From assembly GCA_030141605.1 (NCBI GenBank), contig JAQGDQ010000055.1, positions 558,001 to 622,000 on the forward strand: a stretch of 64,000 nucleotides of DNA. The letters run 5' to 3'. A model generated the notes under the pieces. That model had not been told where the DNA came from, did not search any database, and worked only from the letters and a program-made list of their open reading frames with translations. This document shows, one piece after another, positions 36,320-50,600 of this stretch. Positions within the stretch are counted from its first letter, which is position 1. Every line of letters begins with the position of its first letter. Made by a program: the position numbers and the translations under genes. This DNA comes from Tubiluchus corallicola. Taxonomy: Eukaryota; Animalia; Priapulida.

Positions 36320-38360
36320 TATATTTCCGTTTCAGGGCATTGATAACGTGGAGCTGCAAGGTCTTCTTCATTCACCTATGAGTGACTTTGTTTGCACAAT
36401 ATTTAATTTAACTTCTCTGACTGCACCGCTTTTTCAAGATGAACACGATACTGACTTCTGTTTAATGCAAAACTCTAGTAAGTACTGTTGTCTATAGGCA
36501 CTTAAGCAAAATAGGAATGTAAATTTTAAGAACAGTGACTTGTCTTTTCTGCACGCCAACACACGTAGTTATATATTTTGGAGACGTACCATCGTTGTCT
36601 TGGACGTTAATTTTTGACGTTATGTCCAAATCAATCAATTAATCAGTTTATAGAAGAAATGGAAAATGTTCTTAAACACATTAACTCAACATGGAAAACC
36701 GCATACGTATATCAACATAAATCTGCTCCAGTGTGAAGAAAGTACATTCATTTCTATCTACCTAAATATGCTTTATCCAAATCGTTTCTTCTCTGTCATT
36801 ACACAACCTGCCTACATGACTCTTCATTCAAAAAACTCTCATAGATCATTACACACATTAACAACAACCAAGACCCACGCAATGCAGGTATAGTCCTATG
36901 CGAATTAGCCGAGTATTTACCCATTTCTGCTATTGTAAGTTCATCACAAATTCAGAGAGCTGTTACTTTATCCAGACAATTTTCCCAAAGATTTAAATTC
37001 TGTACTTCTGAATATTAACAATCCCGGTCACTCAGATTTATACGATGCCTTCCAGTACACTGATGTCTTTACAAGTAACCAGGATCACCATGTTCCTTTT
37101 CGCACTCTCACTAAAAAACAACTGAGAATTTTTTGAAAGCCGCGGATTGCTACTGGCGCTCTCGCTTCTATCCACAGGAGAAGCAAACTATACAAAACAT
37201 ATAAATTATCTCAGTCTGCATACAAGCGTAATTATTACAAATTGTATTCAAGTAAACTCAACCATATTAAATAAAACTTGAAGAAGAAACATTATTATAA
37301 CTTACTTATGCTATATAAGTATATATATATGATGTGTATTTTGGACAGTAAATTAAATTAATTGAGTCTAAACAATCGTCCTTTCCTCTTTTAAGTCTTA
37401 CTTAAAAAATCGTCAACTGTTCACTAAAATCCAACAAACAAGGTAGCACCTAACAAAAATGAATTGTGTAGTACCATAAGGGTCGATCCTCGCTCCTCTC
37501 TTCTTTCTGATATACATAAACGACTTGCCCTATTCTATCAATTTAATTACATGTCTCTTTGCTGATGACACCAGTTTTTTCTTCATGATACTAATAAAAA
37601 AATCTTTACAGAAGAGTACTAATTTCGAACTGTCAGAAATAAACAGCAGGGCCAGGGTGTTAGCAAACAAATTATCAGCAAACTATTGCAAAATAAAATT
37701 TATGCTCATAGGCAAGCAAATCTCTCCTGTTAATAGAAATGCATTTAACGTTAAATTAGGTAATATTTAACACAAGAAAACTGTATCAAGTATCTTGGGC
37801 TCCAGATTGACAATAATATAACATGACCTTAACATATAAATACCATTACAACAAAATTGAGCAAAACAGCAGGCATATTTGCTAACTTGCATTATTTTAT
37901 AATACAGCTATACTAAAAATGATTTACTACGTAGCCTTATTTACCCCTTATTACCCTTGTGTACCCTTATTTGCAATATTGTGTGTTGACGTGGGGGAAA
38001 ACCAAGCACTATATACTGGAAGCATTGAAAACAGCAAAAAATAATTTTCGTGCTCGTGCTACACCTTCGTATATGCAACTTAAGCTTTTAAAATAATTTG
38101 AACAACATTTTATAGTTTAGATTTAATAATGAGTTATTACCTGACTTTATAGAAATTATTTTATTAAAGTATTCATTCGTATTATACAAGGTCCGTTGTG
38201 AAAGGACATCTATTTCAATGGCGGTACAAGTCCCATTATGGCATTAAAGAGCCTTCAGCACAGGGGGTGAAATTATGGAATAGCTTTCCTCATCATGTGC
38301 TCAACATTTACTTACATAAAAATAAAGGAAAGCAATTTCGTCATCACCTGAGAATTTATT
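36320..38360 (+). mobile_element. Decayed, internally deleted CR1/L2-type LINE (endonuclease and RT remnants)
   Basis: Fragments in the expected order: FPFQGIDNVEL, LSFLHANTRS (APE), ESTFI, PRIATGALASIHRRSKLYK, GSILAPLFFLIYINDLP, LFADDT, KYLGLQIDN, GVKLWNSF. Many stops and frameshifts. Confidence 0.8.
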
Positions 38361-38627
38361 AGAATTTTTTACTTTATTTTTTGTGGCCTTGATAATTGCT
38401 AATCTTTACTACAGGCGGCGCCGCTATAAATCGCAATAAGTCAATCAGCAATTCGAACCAGTAGGAAACACGCATTGTCTGCAGCGTCGTGTTCTTTTGT
38501 TTTTATGGTCGTGTTTGTCAATGTTTGATGAGAATTAGTTCATTAAATCATAGTTATGTTTAATTAGATCTTATATTTTCTAGAAATTGTGTGTTCGGTA
38601 AATTTCCTCCTGAATTTGAATTTTTCG

Positions 38628-41600
38628 ATGTCTGATACAGAAGTTGGTGCGCTAAAAACAGTACCAGCTTGTTTTAAAGTTGGGTATCTTTCTCCTGAGT
38701 GGCCGCTAGTTCGTCATTGGCAAAACTTTAATACGTTTTGTGTGGTTTTGACTTGCATATTATTACCATACATATTTGCACTGGGTACCTCTGAATCTGC
38801 GTTAATCTCTGTAGGTCATTCGTTGGACGTCATATTTGTGTTCGATATGATAATTTTGTTTTTTACCGCATATCGTTCAGAAGGAATTTTGATAACAAAC
38901 AGAAAAGCTATTGCGAAAAATTATATCTTTTCATTGAATTCGCCGTTTAAATTTTCGTTGGACCTTGTATCAGCATTACCATTTGAATTTTTGGCACTTG
39001 CACTTAGTACAGCCATAGGACGTGAACCATTGTGGCTAGAAGGTGTACTGAGGTTAAACCATTTGCTGCGTTTCTACAGAATTAGTTCTATGCTAGGTAA
39101 GCACACTGTAGTTATTATTATTTTTTCGTCAGTATCTGCATTTTAGCGTGAAAAATACGCTTCTTATATTACAAGGTTCCTAACACGAAATCACAATAAC
39201 TGCAGTGATTTAGTGAAAATAAACTCTATTTATTAAAGTGGTATACTTGTTATAGTATTAGTAGGTTTTACAGCAGCCGACGTATCAGTTTAAGATGGTA
39301 ACGTTGCAGCTGCCTTCTAACAGGAAGCTGAGTTTGGGAGAAGATTAACAGTCAACAGTAGAGTACCTACCTCTCAAGTAGGTTGTAACCAGTGTGATAG
39401 GGGGAAATGTGGCACAGTTGAAGCCATAGTGCTCTCACAATATAGGCCACTTTGACTAGGCCTATATATATAAAACATATAGTTATTTCCAATCTGGGCC
39501 ACACAATGAAAGCAAATAATACTATAGATTATTTTAATTTGCATGTTCACAAGAACAATTTCAAATTTAGGATCTACACTTTAAAATACAATATTTGAAC
39601 ATCTCAAAGATTATTTGGAATAATCTGTAGTATATATGGAAACTTTCGAAACTGTTTGTGGCATTTTAATAAACTACATGGAATGATTCCTTGGGGGCAT
39701 TAATCAGTGGGCTTAATAATTATGGTACATGACAGAATCAAAATATGAATTAAATAATTTCATATTAATCTTCTAGGGTTGCGAGAGCAGGAAATATCTT
39801 CGAATAGTGCCCGTATTAGAGGTTTGCGGTATTTGATTTTTGGTGTATTGCTGACCCACTATATTGCTTGTGGATGGTATGCACTAGCATGTACTAGTCA
39901 GACACCTACTCTACATAGTCATTGCCATTACCATAGCTGGGTACACCACAATGGATTTTTGAATATTACTAATGGTATGATAATTATGTTAATTAAGTTC
40001 ATAATAGTTCTTAACAAAAGCATGTTTTAGTCTTTTAGTAATTAAGATTCGATTTTATCTTACCATTCCTTCTATGTATATTGTTGTTATAGGATTAATG
40101 ATTTTCCTTGGACAATCTTGTATGTTTAAGTTTTGTACTTTAACTTTTTTCTCTGTGTCCATAAGTTATTATTAGACTAAGCAATGCGCCAGGTTGGACC
40201 ATCATGAAATGCCATGACTTGGGGTATATTCATCTAGTTTTGTTGTACTTACTTAGTGTAACCTAGTATAGTACCTATGTATCAGATGCATAGTACCTAG
40301 TATAAAAAAACAGGTTAGGCTAAAAGGTGAAGTGTAGAACAGACAGAAAAGAGGCAGAGTGGAGAGAGTTATGTTGCCTCTAAAATTTTGCATATATTGA
40401 ACCTAACTTTTGCTGTTGTTGTTTTGTTTTAACTAGCAAACAAATTATTTTCTCTGCTGAAGTATTTGGTATAATAAACGAAAACCACTCTTTCTCAAGA
40501 CTGCAGTTCTGTTTGTTTCTGTTTCTGTTAGTTTATGACTTCACATACATTACCCAATCAAAAGCTACAATATAAAGAACACAACAACAGTCTAACCATA
40601 TTCATTCCATAGCATTGTGCCAGTAACACTTCCATGGATGGTGTTGTTGACCATGAATTGAAAACTGGTGCAAAAGTGCAGAGTTGGAAAATGGACAGTT
40701 GTGTTTTAGGTAGCAAGTAGCAGCCAATAAGATATGCCTACATAATTGAAATTTCCAATATAGCCTATAAGCTTATAGAAAGGTGTGTAAGGGGTTTGAC
40801 TATTAGATAAGGCAATTTTTTTCAGAATTGTTGTTGTAATGTATGTACGTATAAACGGTAAAACAAAATTTAAAGTATTAATTTTTAGAAAGACTTGTTT
40901 ACAACAGCATAAAGTAGTTTTTTGTGAATTAAACATTTTACTAGATCTAATTTGATTTCTCGCTATGATATATAGGGAGTGACAAAAGCGTAGAGAAATC
41001 AGTACATTTACAAATCGATCAAATTTTGTTGCTATTTACCTATATAAAAACAACTTGAGATTGCTTGTGAAATGGTCTGAAAATGCCATTTATATTTTAA
41101 AGATGAGATTATAGCATGAAATTACATTGGCTGTACAGAAAAAGTTCTAGCATGATAATTAAATTTATTGCAGTTCGTTTTACACTGTTGTCTTGTCCAC
41201 GTTTTCACTTAAATTTAGAAAGGTTGTTGCATGTTAGGTCACCAAATGTAGCACACTGCGGTAGTGAGATTGCAGGGTTGTTGGTAATTAATGATGACTT
41301 TAGGTAACACGCCACCACATTCTTCTTTATTTTTGGTGATGCGGAAAACGAATTGTTTAGTTAAAAATGACAGCCAGCATCAACTTAAACAAAGACATGA
41401 CTTTTATTCAAAGACAAACGTGCAACGTTTCGAGCCAGTTAAGGTCGCGTTTACACAACAATCATGTAAATAAATATATAGTATAAAAATACAAAAATCA
41501 TCATTGTGACAAGCAAATAAGTCAATTACTAAAAAATAAAGTTATGTTACTCCAACACAGTGGATTCTCTGACTAAAGCCTGTGGGTGGTAATAAGAGAA

Positions 41601-44600
41601 ACCGTTGCACATAAAATGATGAACAACCCTGTGAATGAGCAGTTAACCATCGATTTTTGTATTTTTTACACTGTAGATTTATTTAGGTGGATTAATGCGT
41701 GAACATGACCTTAACTGTGTCGAAATGTTATTGGTCTTGTTACCATTGCTGTTATTGCTGCTGGAACTGCTACTCTGTTGTTCTCACACGGACACCCCCT
41801 ATGGTGTTTGTCATTGAATTACAAGCGAATTTCTTCAATATTTTTTAGAAACAGTAGAATGGTCAATCACACCTCTTCGTAGATATGTGATATCATTGTA
41901 CTGGAGTGCAGCAACTGTCACATCTATTGGGTATGATTCTCTAAAGTTCTTGCACTTTAATTTCTTTAGTTTGCTCTGTTGTACTATGTTTTTATGCAAA
42001 TGTATTTTTAGACTTAGTGCTTTGAACACCACTGAGTAAGTTAGACTTAGAGAATTATTTTATCTGGTGTACCTAAATATTAATCATAGGTGGTGCCAGC
42101 ATCTGTTAATGGTGCGCATGTATTTTTTTGGTGAACTGAAAAATTTAGTAACTTCTAGTTTTGGCGACTTTAGTTTGAATCAAATTTCAGGCAAGTAATA
42201 CAGATTTTACTATGCTGTGATGTGGCCAGTTTTGGACATTTCTACTAGCTGACTGATTGAGGCTTACTGGGTTTGCTAATGACTAACTCAGTTTCTGTGT
42301 TCTCTGCTGGACTAGAATTTTTTTAATCAGCCTTGCGCAGCCTATATGATGTTTATTATTCTGAGATGATATCATAAGGCACATAACGGAGCATGATGGA
42401 ATTATGCTACTTGCTATATTTCCTGTACATAATTCTTAATCTTACAGAAGTAAGAATTAGCTTGTGTTATTCTCGATTAAACTATGCCTGCTGATCGTAA
42501 CTACGTCTCTGCAGAACTTAAAATGTTTTATTTTAGTAAGTTTTAAAAAATCAATTAAAGAAATTCTATTTGATTGTTAGTAAGTGTGTTCTAGGTGTAT
42601 CTGCCTTAATTAATTATTGCTAGTACTGTGCGAGAACAGCTATTTTCAGAGCTTTTCAATTGTTCAAGTGTTTTTGTTGTCAAGCCACAGTGGCACAGTA
42701 GATTCACCCTAAATTTTTATAGGTTTCTCGAGATTTACATTATTGTTTTTCAATTGAATTTATATAGTTACAAAATGATTTATCAGGTATGGCAGGTAGC
42801 TGTAGGACTAGAAAGACTAAAAAGTACTTGTTCCTTCTTCCTACAACAATCTTTGACAAGTTATTAGTAATAGTATTGTTGTATTTATTGTCATAAAATA
42901 ATTTTGATTTATTGTATTCTATTCTTTTTGTAGTCAAGGATCATTGACTACTAGCTCCATGCACTCCCATCTAGTGGTGAAACTAACTTTCTCAGGCATA
43001 TCTAATTGCCCCAGAATTCAGGAACTGGAAATCGTCCTGATGAATCAGGACGTCTCGTGCGTTATATTGAACACAGCCATTAGTTCAGAACTTGAAGTCA
43101 TAAAAAGTGCTATATTAACTCAAGCTTTCTGCAGCCACTAATATTGTCATCCAATTTGCTTAAACAAGTGACTACGTTTTTGCTTTTTGTGATAGTGAAG
43201 GGCATCTATTATGTTATGGCTATGGGCATCAACAATGCTTAAAAATTCAGGTTGGTTTCCAAGAATGTAAGAAAGCAGAACACCCAAGCATCCGGATATT
43301 AAACAAGCATACTTGCTTATGTTTTGCGTGCTATCAATGCGTATCAATTATCAGAGAGAAAACATTTAGTTTTGTCGGCAAAAAATTCAGTAATCAATAA
43401 TGCGACCAACGCAACAGCTATTGTTAGTAACAACACCTGTGGTACTTTTTTATGGCTTATGTTTCTATACAAATGCATCATATTCAGAGCACTCACAAAC
43501 CAGCAGAGATATGAGTTGAATTATAAACTAATGTATTAGTACTAAACTGCAAATAAACACACGTTCATAACAATTCTAGAATTGAAAAATTAAGTGGTTT
43601 GCTTCCTCAGAAACTAATCAGTAATCAAGACCACAGTAGGCAAGTAAGCTAAGTAAATAAGCTTATTTGTTTATCATAATTTTTATAATAACAAAATATG
43701 TAACTAAGTAATTTATAATTCTGTGCAACATTTAGTAACATTAAAAAGTGGAAAAGCAATTATTGATTTGAGTGGTGAAAGATGGCGAAAGAACTATGAG
43801 TTATCGAGGTCGGCCGCACTCTCAGAAATGTTCCTAATAATAATTATTTAATCAATGCGCATGTATCAAGAAATTAAAAATCGATTTTGCATTTAAGATG
43901 ATTGATTAAATTATGCTGCGAATGTTTTTTTAGTAGACAAAAAGTGTATACAATAATGTTCAATCATGGGAAAGAAAAAAGAGAAAAAATGTGACTATCT
44001 TTGATTTGTTTCATTTCGATCTTCGAAGAAGTGTGATGTAAGCAGCAAAATGTGCCCTAAGTAATGGTTCTGCATTGTTATTTGGTTCAGGCAGGACGCT
44101 ACATATTGTGTTATTCTTCCATAGTTGTAAAATCCACCGTGAGTCCTGAATGTTTTGAAAGTTGAAACCAACATTTTCTGTATTTACAAGCTTTTATGAA
44201 TGATAAACGTCTGGTAAAATAGGCCTATCTATTTCATGCTTGCTGAAACGTAACGTATGTTTTAAACTGTATGAAGAAACTTAATAGCAGCATCATACGA
44301 AGACAAATTTTCCACAACATTTGTAAACTTTTTTCAGATATGGAGATATTATTTCCACGAATACAGGAGAAATGCGTTTTGCTATTGTTGCCATGTTGGC
44401 TGGAATTGCCATGTTCTTTGGAGTACTACTGGGTGGTATAACATCCATTCTGACAAATTTGGATAGTCGCCGAGCAAAGTTCTTGCACAGATTTAATGCA
44501 GTCAAGAGTCGAATGGTGAGCTAATCAGAGATTTTTGGTAGGGTGAGATTACCAAATCATTTAGAATATGCATTCTTCTGATGTAAAGCACTTGATTGCT

Positions 44601-47600
44601 TTTTGTTTTCAGAAAGATACAAGTGTGCCATACTCGATACAGAAGATAGTCAAAAGAATTTTTGAGTATTGCTGGGAGAAACAGAAGGGATTTGAAAATA
44701 TAGCACTTTTTGCTTCCTTGCACCGGAGTACACAAGCTGACATTGCACTTATTTCTAATGAGCAGTTTTTAAAAGGGGTAAGTATATAACAAAGCATGAT
44801 ATTGTGAACACGTTTGTTGCATTGCTATATATTTAATGTCTTTTTTGTATAAAGAACATGTAAACCTACAAACTAGTTGTCCAAAGGTAACTGAGTTTAG
44901 GGATGTGATGAAGACTGGAGAGCTTCGAAACTGAATCTAGATCAGAGTTTGATTTGATTCGATTACTCTAAAATTCGATGTTACCTTATTGTTATTGTTC
45001 TGTGGTCAACTGCCGCTTTGACGAACATTTGGCAGTTCACTGTGTTGTGAGAGAAAAACACTGTAGAGCAGGTTTGGTGTCAATGAAATGATAATTCATT
45101 TCTCTGACTTCACTGTGCCAAATGTTTTGCAAAGATAACAGATATGTGGTGAGAGTAACTTCTTCCAATGAACCTGGTTTGCCAAACTTGAAGGCAGTTC
45201 AAGAGTCTGCCTTGCCAGAGATGACATGCGAGCTAGTCAGAAAGTTTGCCGAGTGACTGCCTGTGAGTTACTGCGGGTGTCAGCTTTTTTTAAATATTTT
45301 TTTAACAGCTAACGCTTCACTAAACCAGGAAGCTTTTTTAACTAAGTTACATATCTAGTGTGTGGCTGGTATGGCAGCAATTACTAGATCAGTGTCCTAT
45401 TTAGCTCCACTAGCCAGGAAATTTACTCGCTGACAAAGAAAATCAATAACCCCTTTACAGACACCATCACTGAAATTTTTTCCTGGACACTAAGGTCCTA
45501 CTCTGAACATTACCACTTTAACATCTAATTTATCCACACTATATTACAGGAACACTAGTGGTTACAACTTCAGACAGCTGTTCAGTTTGCCTGGTTTCAG
45601 TAACTGCTGTTAAAATTACATACATGGTTATACAAGACCATACATCGAACAACATTTGTTTTTAAATTTGGGATTATACATATAAAGTTTTTGGAGGTTA
45701 GGATGTAGTTATATGCCCGACTAAACAAGGTTAAATGTTGTTACACTGGCGTTAGATACAGTCATATGTAAACAAAGAAGATTAAATGCACCCGCTACAA
45801 TAACAGTGATTAAATGCGAAGCCTATACATGATTAAGTGATTACAATCAAATGTGGTTAAATGTGAGATTATATGCAAAAATATATCTATGTGAGCTCCG
45901 ACCACTGCGAGTGTCAGCTTTTTTTATTATATTTTTTGAGAGCCAATGCTTCACTAAACGAGGAAGCTTTTTTAACTAGGTGACATTTCTAGTGTGCGGC
46001 TGGTACGGCACCAATTACTAGATCAGTGTCTTACTTAGCTCCACTAGCATTGCATGCAATAAATCTAAATATAAATATAAGGGAACAGGGAATTTACTTG
46101 CTGACAAAGAAATTCGATAACCCTATAATGTTAAATTTGACCCGATTGCGCAGAGTTGTTTAAATTTTGGTTTAGTTTCGGTACTGCAGAGGCAATATAA
46201 CTGCGCTTTATCAATAAAGCAATTTTAGACTCTTGTACCATTACATTTTTTGACAAAATTAGTCAAATGGCGGCTTTTTTGATAGTTTTGTTCTTCTTGA
46301 AATAAGTAAATGTCACCATATTCAATCGCGTGTCCAGCTTATGAAGTCCTACACAAAAGCATACATCATGTTGACTGCTAGTTTCAACAAAATGCTAAAA
46401 TGTCTTGTGTTACTTTACCAAAACTGAACCGTATATTTTATTATTGCAGAATTACAGTCAGCCTAGCTGCTCAGGCAGGTCATCTGTACTCTTTTTTTGT
46501 AAAAATCGCTGCTGCCTTATCAATCAGCGATAACTGCATAGCCAAAATTCGAGATTTGAATTCGATTCAATTACGGAAATTATTTTAAAAGTTTGAGACT
46601 TGGATTAGATTCGTGACATACCTAATTGAAGTTTAAGATTTTTTAAGTTGCAACTACGTAATTAGTATGTTTCATATAGTAAATAAAAATCCCTCTAGAC
46701 CTGCAAGTGCATGAAAAATGTGGTGCTCTATGTTACACTTTCCATAGGACCTGCTTGATTCCGTATTTAAAATTCTGGCAATAGTGCCTGGTAATAAAAA
46801 TTGATATCTGTATTATCTCTGTTATTTTCTAAGTAAATTTGTTGAATATAGGACATGCGCAAAAAGTATTGTACAACATTCTACAACTTGCTATTAGGAT
46901 TTTGGAAAGACTTATGCAACTATAAAAAAAATCTTAAGAGTCATTCCGTGAGAAAATCAGCAAAATAGTGGAAGGTGACAAATCACCGATTTTGTTCATG
47001 TTCACAGGGTTTGATGGTCCCCTCAGATGTACCCCACAGCCAAAATATTAGATTTCAGAAATGAGCCGTTTCTGAGAAAAGCCGCCATTTTGATTTTTTT
47101 CGGATTTTGGCCATTTTGGTGTAAAAAATTGCCCATTATTTCTCACGTTATTACAGACAGTAAATGAGCGATCCAGCACTAGTTAATTGGTGATATACAT
47201 AGTAGGGGTCTTACCCTACTGTACCATTATCATTGCCAAATTGAACCTCCTTTTCAGTTGGTGTCATCAGATTGCAAATGATACGTGTCTGCTGCTGCTG
47301 AATTTAGACGCCATTTTGAAATCCCCATAACTCCACTGGGGCGGGTATTGGGGGACTAATCAATATATTTTTATTTGCAACTTGACTAGTCCTACAAATG
47401 CATGAAATAAAATTTTGGCCAGCGATCTCCCAAAAGTCCAGAATTTTTAGCCAAAGTTACTCTTTTTTGCCATTTTTACAACCTTGACCTATATTTAGCC
47501 ATTCGCCTTTGGATGATGGTGTTGCCATTAGAATCGATACAAAGTGCAGCACCGTCAATGTTTATAGTAGTAATGGACTGGCTTTAGATGTCTGGGCACT

Positions 47601-50600
47601 CCTAGCAACCAGACCCCTATCAGGGGGCCGCATTCCCTTCGAAGGGCCCCTGTGACGATTACAACATAGTGATTTTTATAATCTGTATAAAACACGGAAT
47701 AGTTTCATGTACATAATAACAGTTTCGTGTACAAGTGCTCGGGCTATATACCTATGGCCCGTGGATCAAGCCGAAAAGTCAGTCAAAAAGGTTTAGTGTT
47801 GCTTTGCTAAACAAGATTCTAAAGTAAGGCGGACAAGGCGAGGCAAGGCACTATTTGTGAAATTGTGTTGAAACCAATGCGAGCATCGAATATAACATGT
47901 TGGGAGCCAATTTTTAAAACGCGCACAGCTTTGTGTGGTCTTGTATTCAACAGGCGAATAGTTGTCAGTCCCTGATATTTTTCCTCAAATCAATTCGAGT
48001 TAATAGTTAGTTAGTTACTAATACCCTGGTGTGGCAACTTTGGCAGCTTCGACAACCAGACTTCTGCTTACTAACAACGGTCATTAACAAAAAAACTGGT
48101 TAAGAAACGCAGCAAAGGCCAGTACGACCCTGCCTCGGCCGTTACATACTAATTCCGACTCTGTGCAACGTATGTTTCAAGCCATTCGCTCATATTGTAT
48201 TTAACCGCCAGGTTTCCACCGTCTCGTAAAGATATACGAATGTACACTGACTACCATATTGAACTAAACTCTAACGAGAATCAAGGCGTTGATGCTTATA
48301 ATCGCAAATTTTCAAAATAACAAAAAGACAACAACAAATTCTTTACGTCCACGACTATTTTTTATTCGCCAATATTCAATGAAAAGTCGCACTATAGTAA
48401 ATAATAATAAGCTAATAATTGATAATACATACAGTAAGCTGCTACTGTGTGTTGCTATGGTAACCTCCTTATCAAAAGAGACACAGAGAGACAGAGAGAG
48501 ACACAGAGAGACAGAGAGAGACACAGAGAGACAGAGACAGAGAGAGTTACAGAGAGACAGAGAGAGACACATAGAGAGAGACACACAGAGACAGAGAGAG
48601 ACACAGACAGACAGAAAGAGACAGAGGAGAGACACAGAGAGACAGAGACACACAGAGAGACACAGAGAGACACAGATAGAGACACACACAGAGAGAGAGA
48701 GACACACAGAGAGACAGAGAGAGAGACACAGAGAGACAGAGAGACAGAGACAGAGAGAGAGAGAGACACAGTGAGACAGAGAGAGAGAGAGAGACACAGA
48801 GAGATAGAGAGAGACATAGAGAGACACAGAGAGACAGAGAGACACAGAGAGATAGAGAGAGACACAGAGAGACAGAGAGAGAGAGAGAGACACAGAGAGA
48901 GAGAGAGACACAGAGAGATAGAGAGAGACACAGAGAGACAGAGAGAGACACAGAGAGAGAGAGACAGAGTGAGACACAGAGAGACAGAGAGAGAGGCAGA
49001 GAGAGACACGGAGAGACAGAGAGAGACACAGAGAGCAGGCGAGAGACACAGAGAGACAAAGAGAGACACAGAGAGACAGGGAGAGACAAAGAGAGAGACA
49101 CAGAGAGACAGAGAGAGACACAGAGAGACAGAGAGGCAGAAACGGTAATTTATCATTTCTTTTTGAAATTTTCATTTTTTTTATTCAGAATTATGAATAA
49201 TTCGTAGTAATTTTTTTTCGATTTAGGTCACATTCAAGATCGAATCTCGTCAATTTATGGACGAGCTGGCCAAAATTTTATTAATGATCTAGGTATACCT
49301 GGTCAAGCTGTAAATAAACATATATTAATTATACTTCAAATACCCGCCCCAGTGGAGTTATGAGAATTTTAAAACAGGGTGTCATTCAGACTGTAGCAGA
49401 CACGCATCTTTCATGAGCTCATGATACCTACTGAAAGAGAATCTCAATTCATCAAACTCAATGTGGCAATAGGGCAAGACCCCTACTATATATACCACCC
49501 AGCAACTAGTCCTGGATTATTCATTTACTGCCTGTAATGATGTGACAAATATAGGTCATTTTTTTACGTCAAAATGGCCAAAATCCGAAAAATATCAAAA
49601 TGGCGACCTATCTCCGAAACGGCTCATTTTTGATATCTAATATTTTGGCTGTGGGGTACATCTGAGGGGATCATCCAACCCTGTGAATATGAACAAAATC
49701 GGTGATTTGTCACCTTCCACTATTTTTTGACTTTTGCATGGTTTTCTCGCGGAATGACTCTTAATATTTTAAATGTTTGTGCCAACTGGTAAAACGTCAC
49801 TGTCTCGCCATCGCAGTGTGCGTCTCTGGTACATTTAAAATATTATTAATTTTTGTTAACAATATGAAGTAATTTAAACTTTTGCATAGTTGGTGAAGTT
49901 TGTGGTATGAATACCTCTGTTATTTTTCCAAACTTTTCGCACTGTTATCTATACTTGTTTTAAACAACTTTCCGCCTTAAAATGACTGTGCCCGATGGCC
50001 TTTGCAGGAGTTAACATTTACGTTTTATACAGCATTACTGCTAACACAAGCTTTGTATGCAATAAAACAGCATGCAAGTGATACAAAATCGCAAGTCGAT
50101 TTTTTAAACTTTATTTTTGAACCATGTTGAACCGAATTGTTCTTCAAAAATTTTGCAAATGGCATAGATCAATACTGTTTTACAGTAGAACGAAAAAGTT
50201 AATGGAAGCTTTTTTGTGGATTAACAAAAAAACTTGATGTCAGTGATTAGTGTAAGTTGTGGTAAATTTCAAATACCAGCAGTACTTTTTTTATATATCA
50301 TTTTTTGTAATAAAATTGTGGATTGTTATGTAAGTTATGCAAGAATTTACCTCATCAGGATACCAGTCCTTGGCATTTTTAGGTGGCACTGTTTCAAGAT
50401 GACATTGTAGAAGTTGGTTTTAAAAGAATGATATCACTAGCCATTCATCATGAGTTATACATGCCTGGTCAGTTCATTTTCAAGCGTGGCAATCTTGGCG
50501 AAAAAGTGTATTATCTTCATAAAGGACTTATAGAGGTATGAATATGTTTGTCTTGCTTTAAAACTTTTTAGTTAGAACTTTGAAGTCCATGTTCAAGGAA

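Noticed and set aside
43033-43052. Perfect hairpin CGTCCTGAT-GA-ATCAGGACG containing CTGATGA
   Set aside because: There is no downstream stem II and GAAA in hammerhead geometry, so it is an isolated palindrome.
48289-49175. Long RE/T-rich and SL/CV-rich ORFs on both strands
   Set aside because: Translations of the GA/GACA microsatellite.
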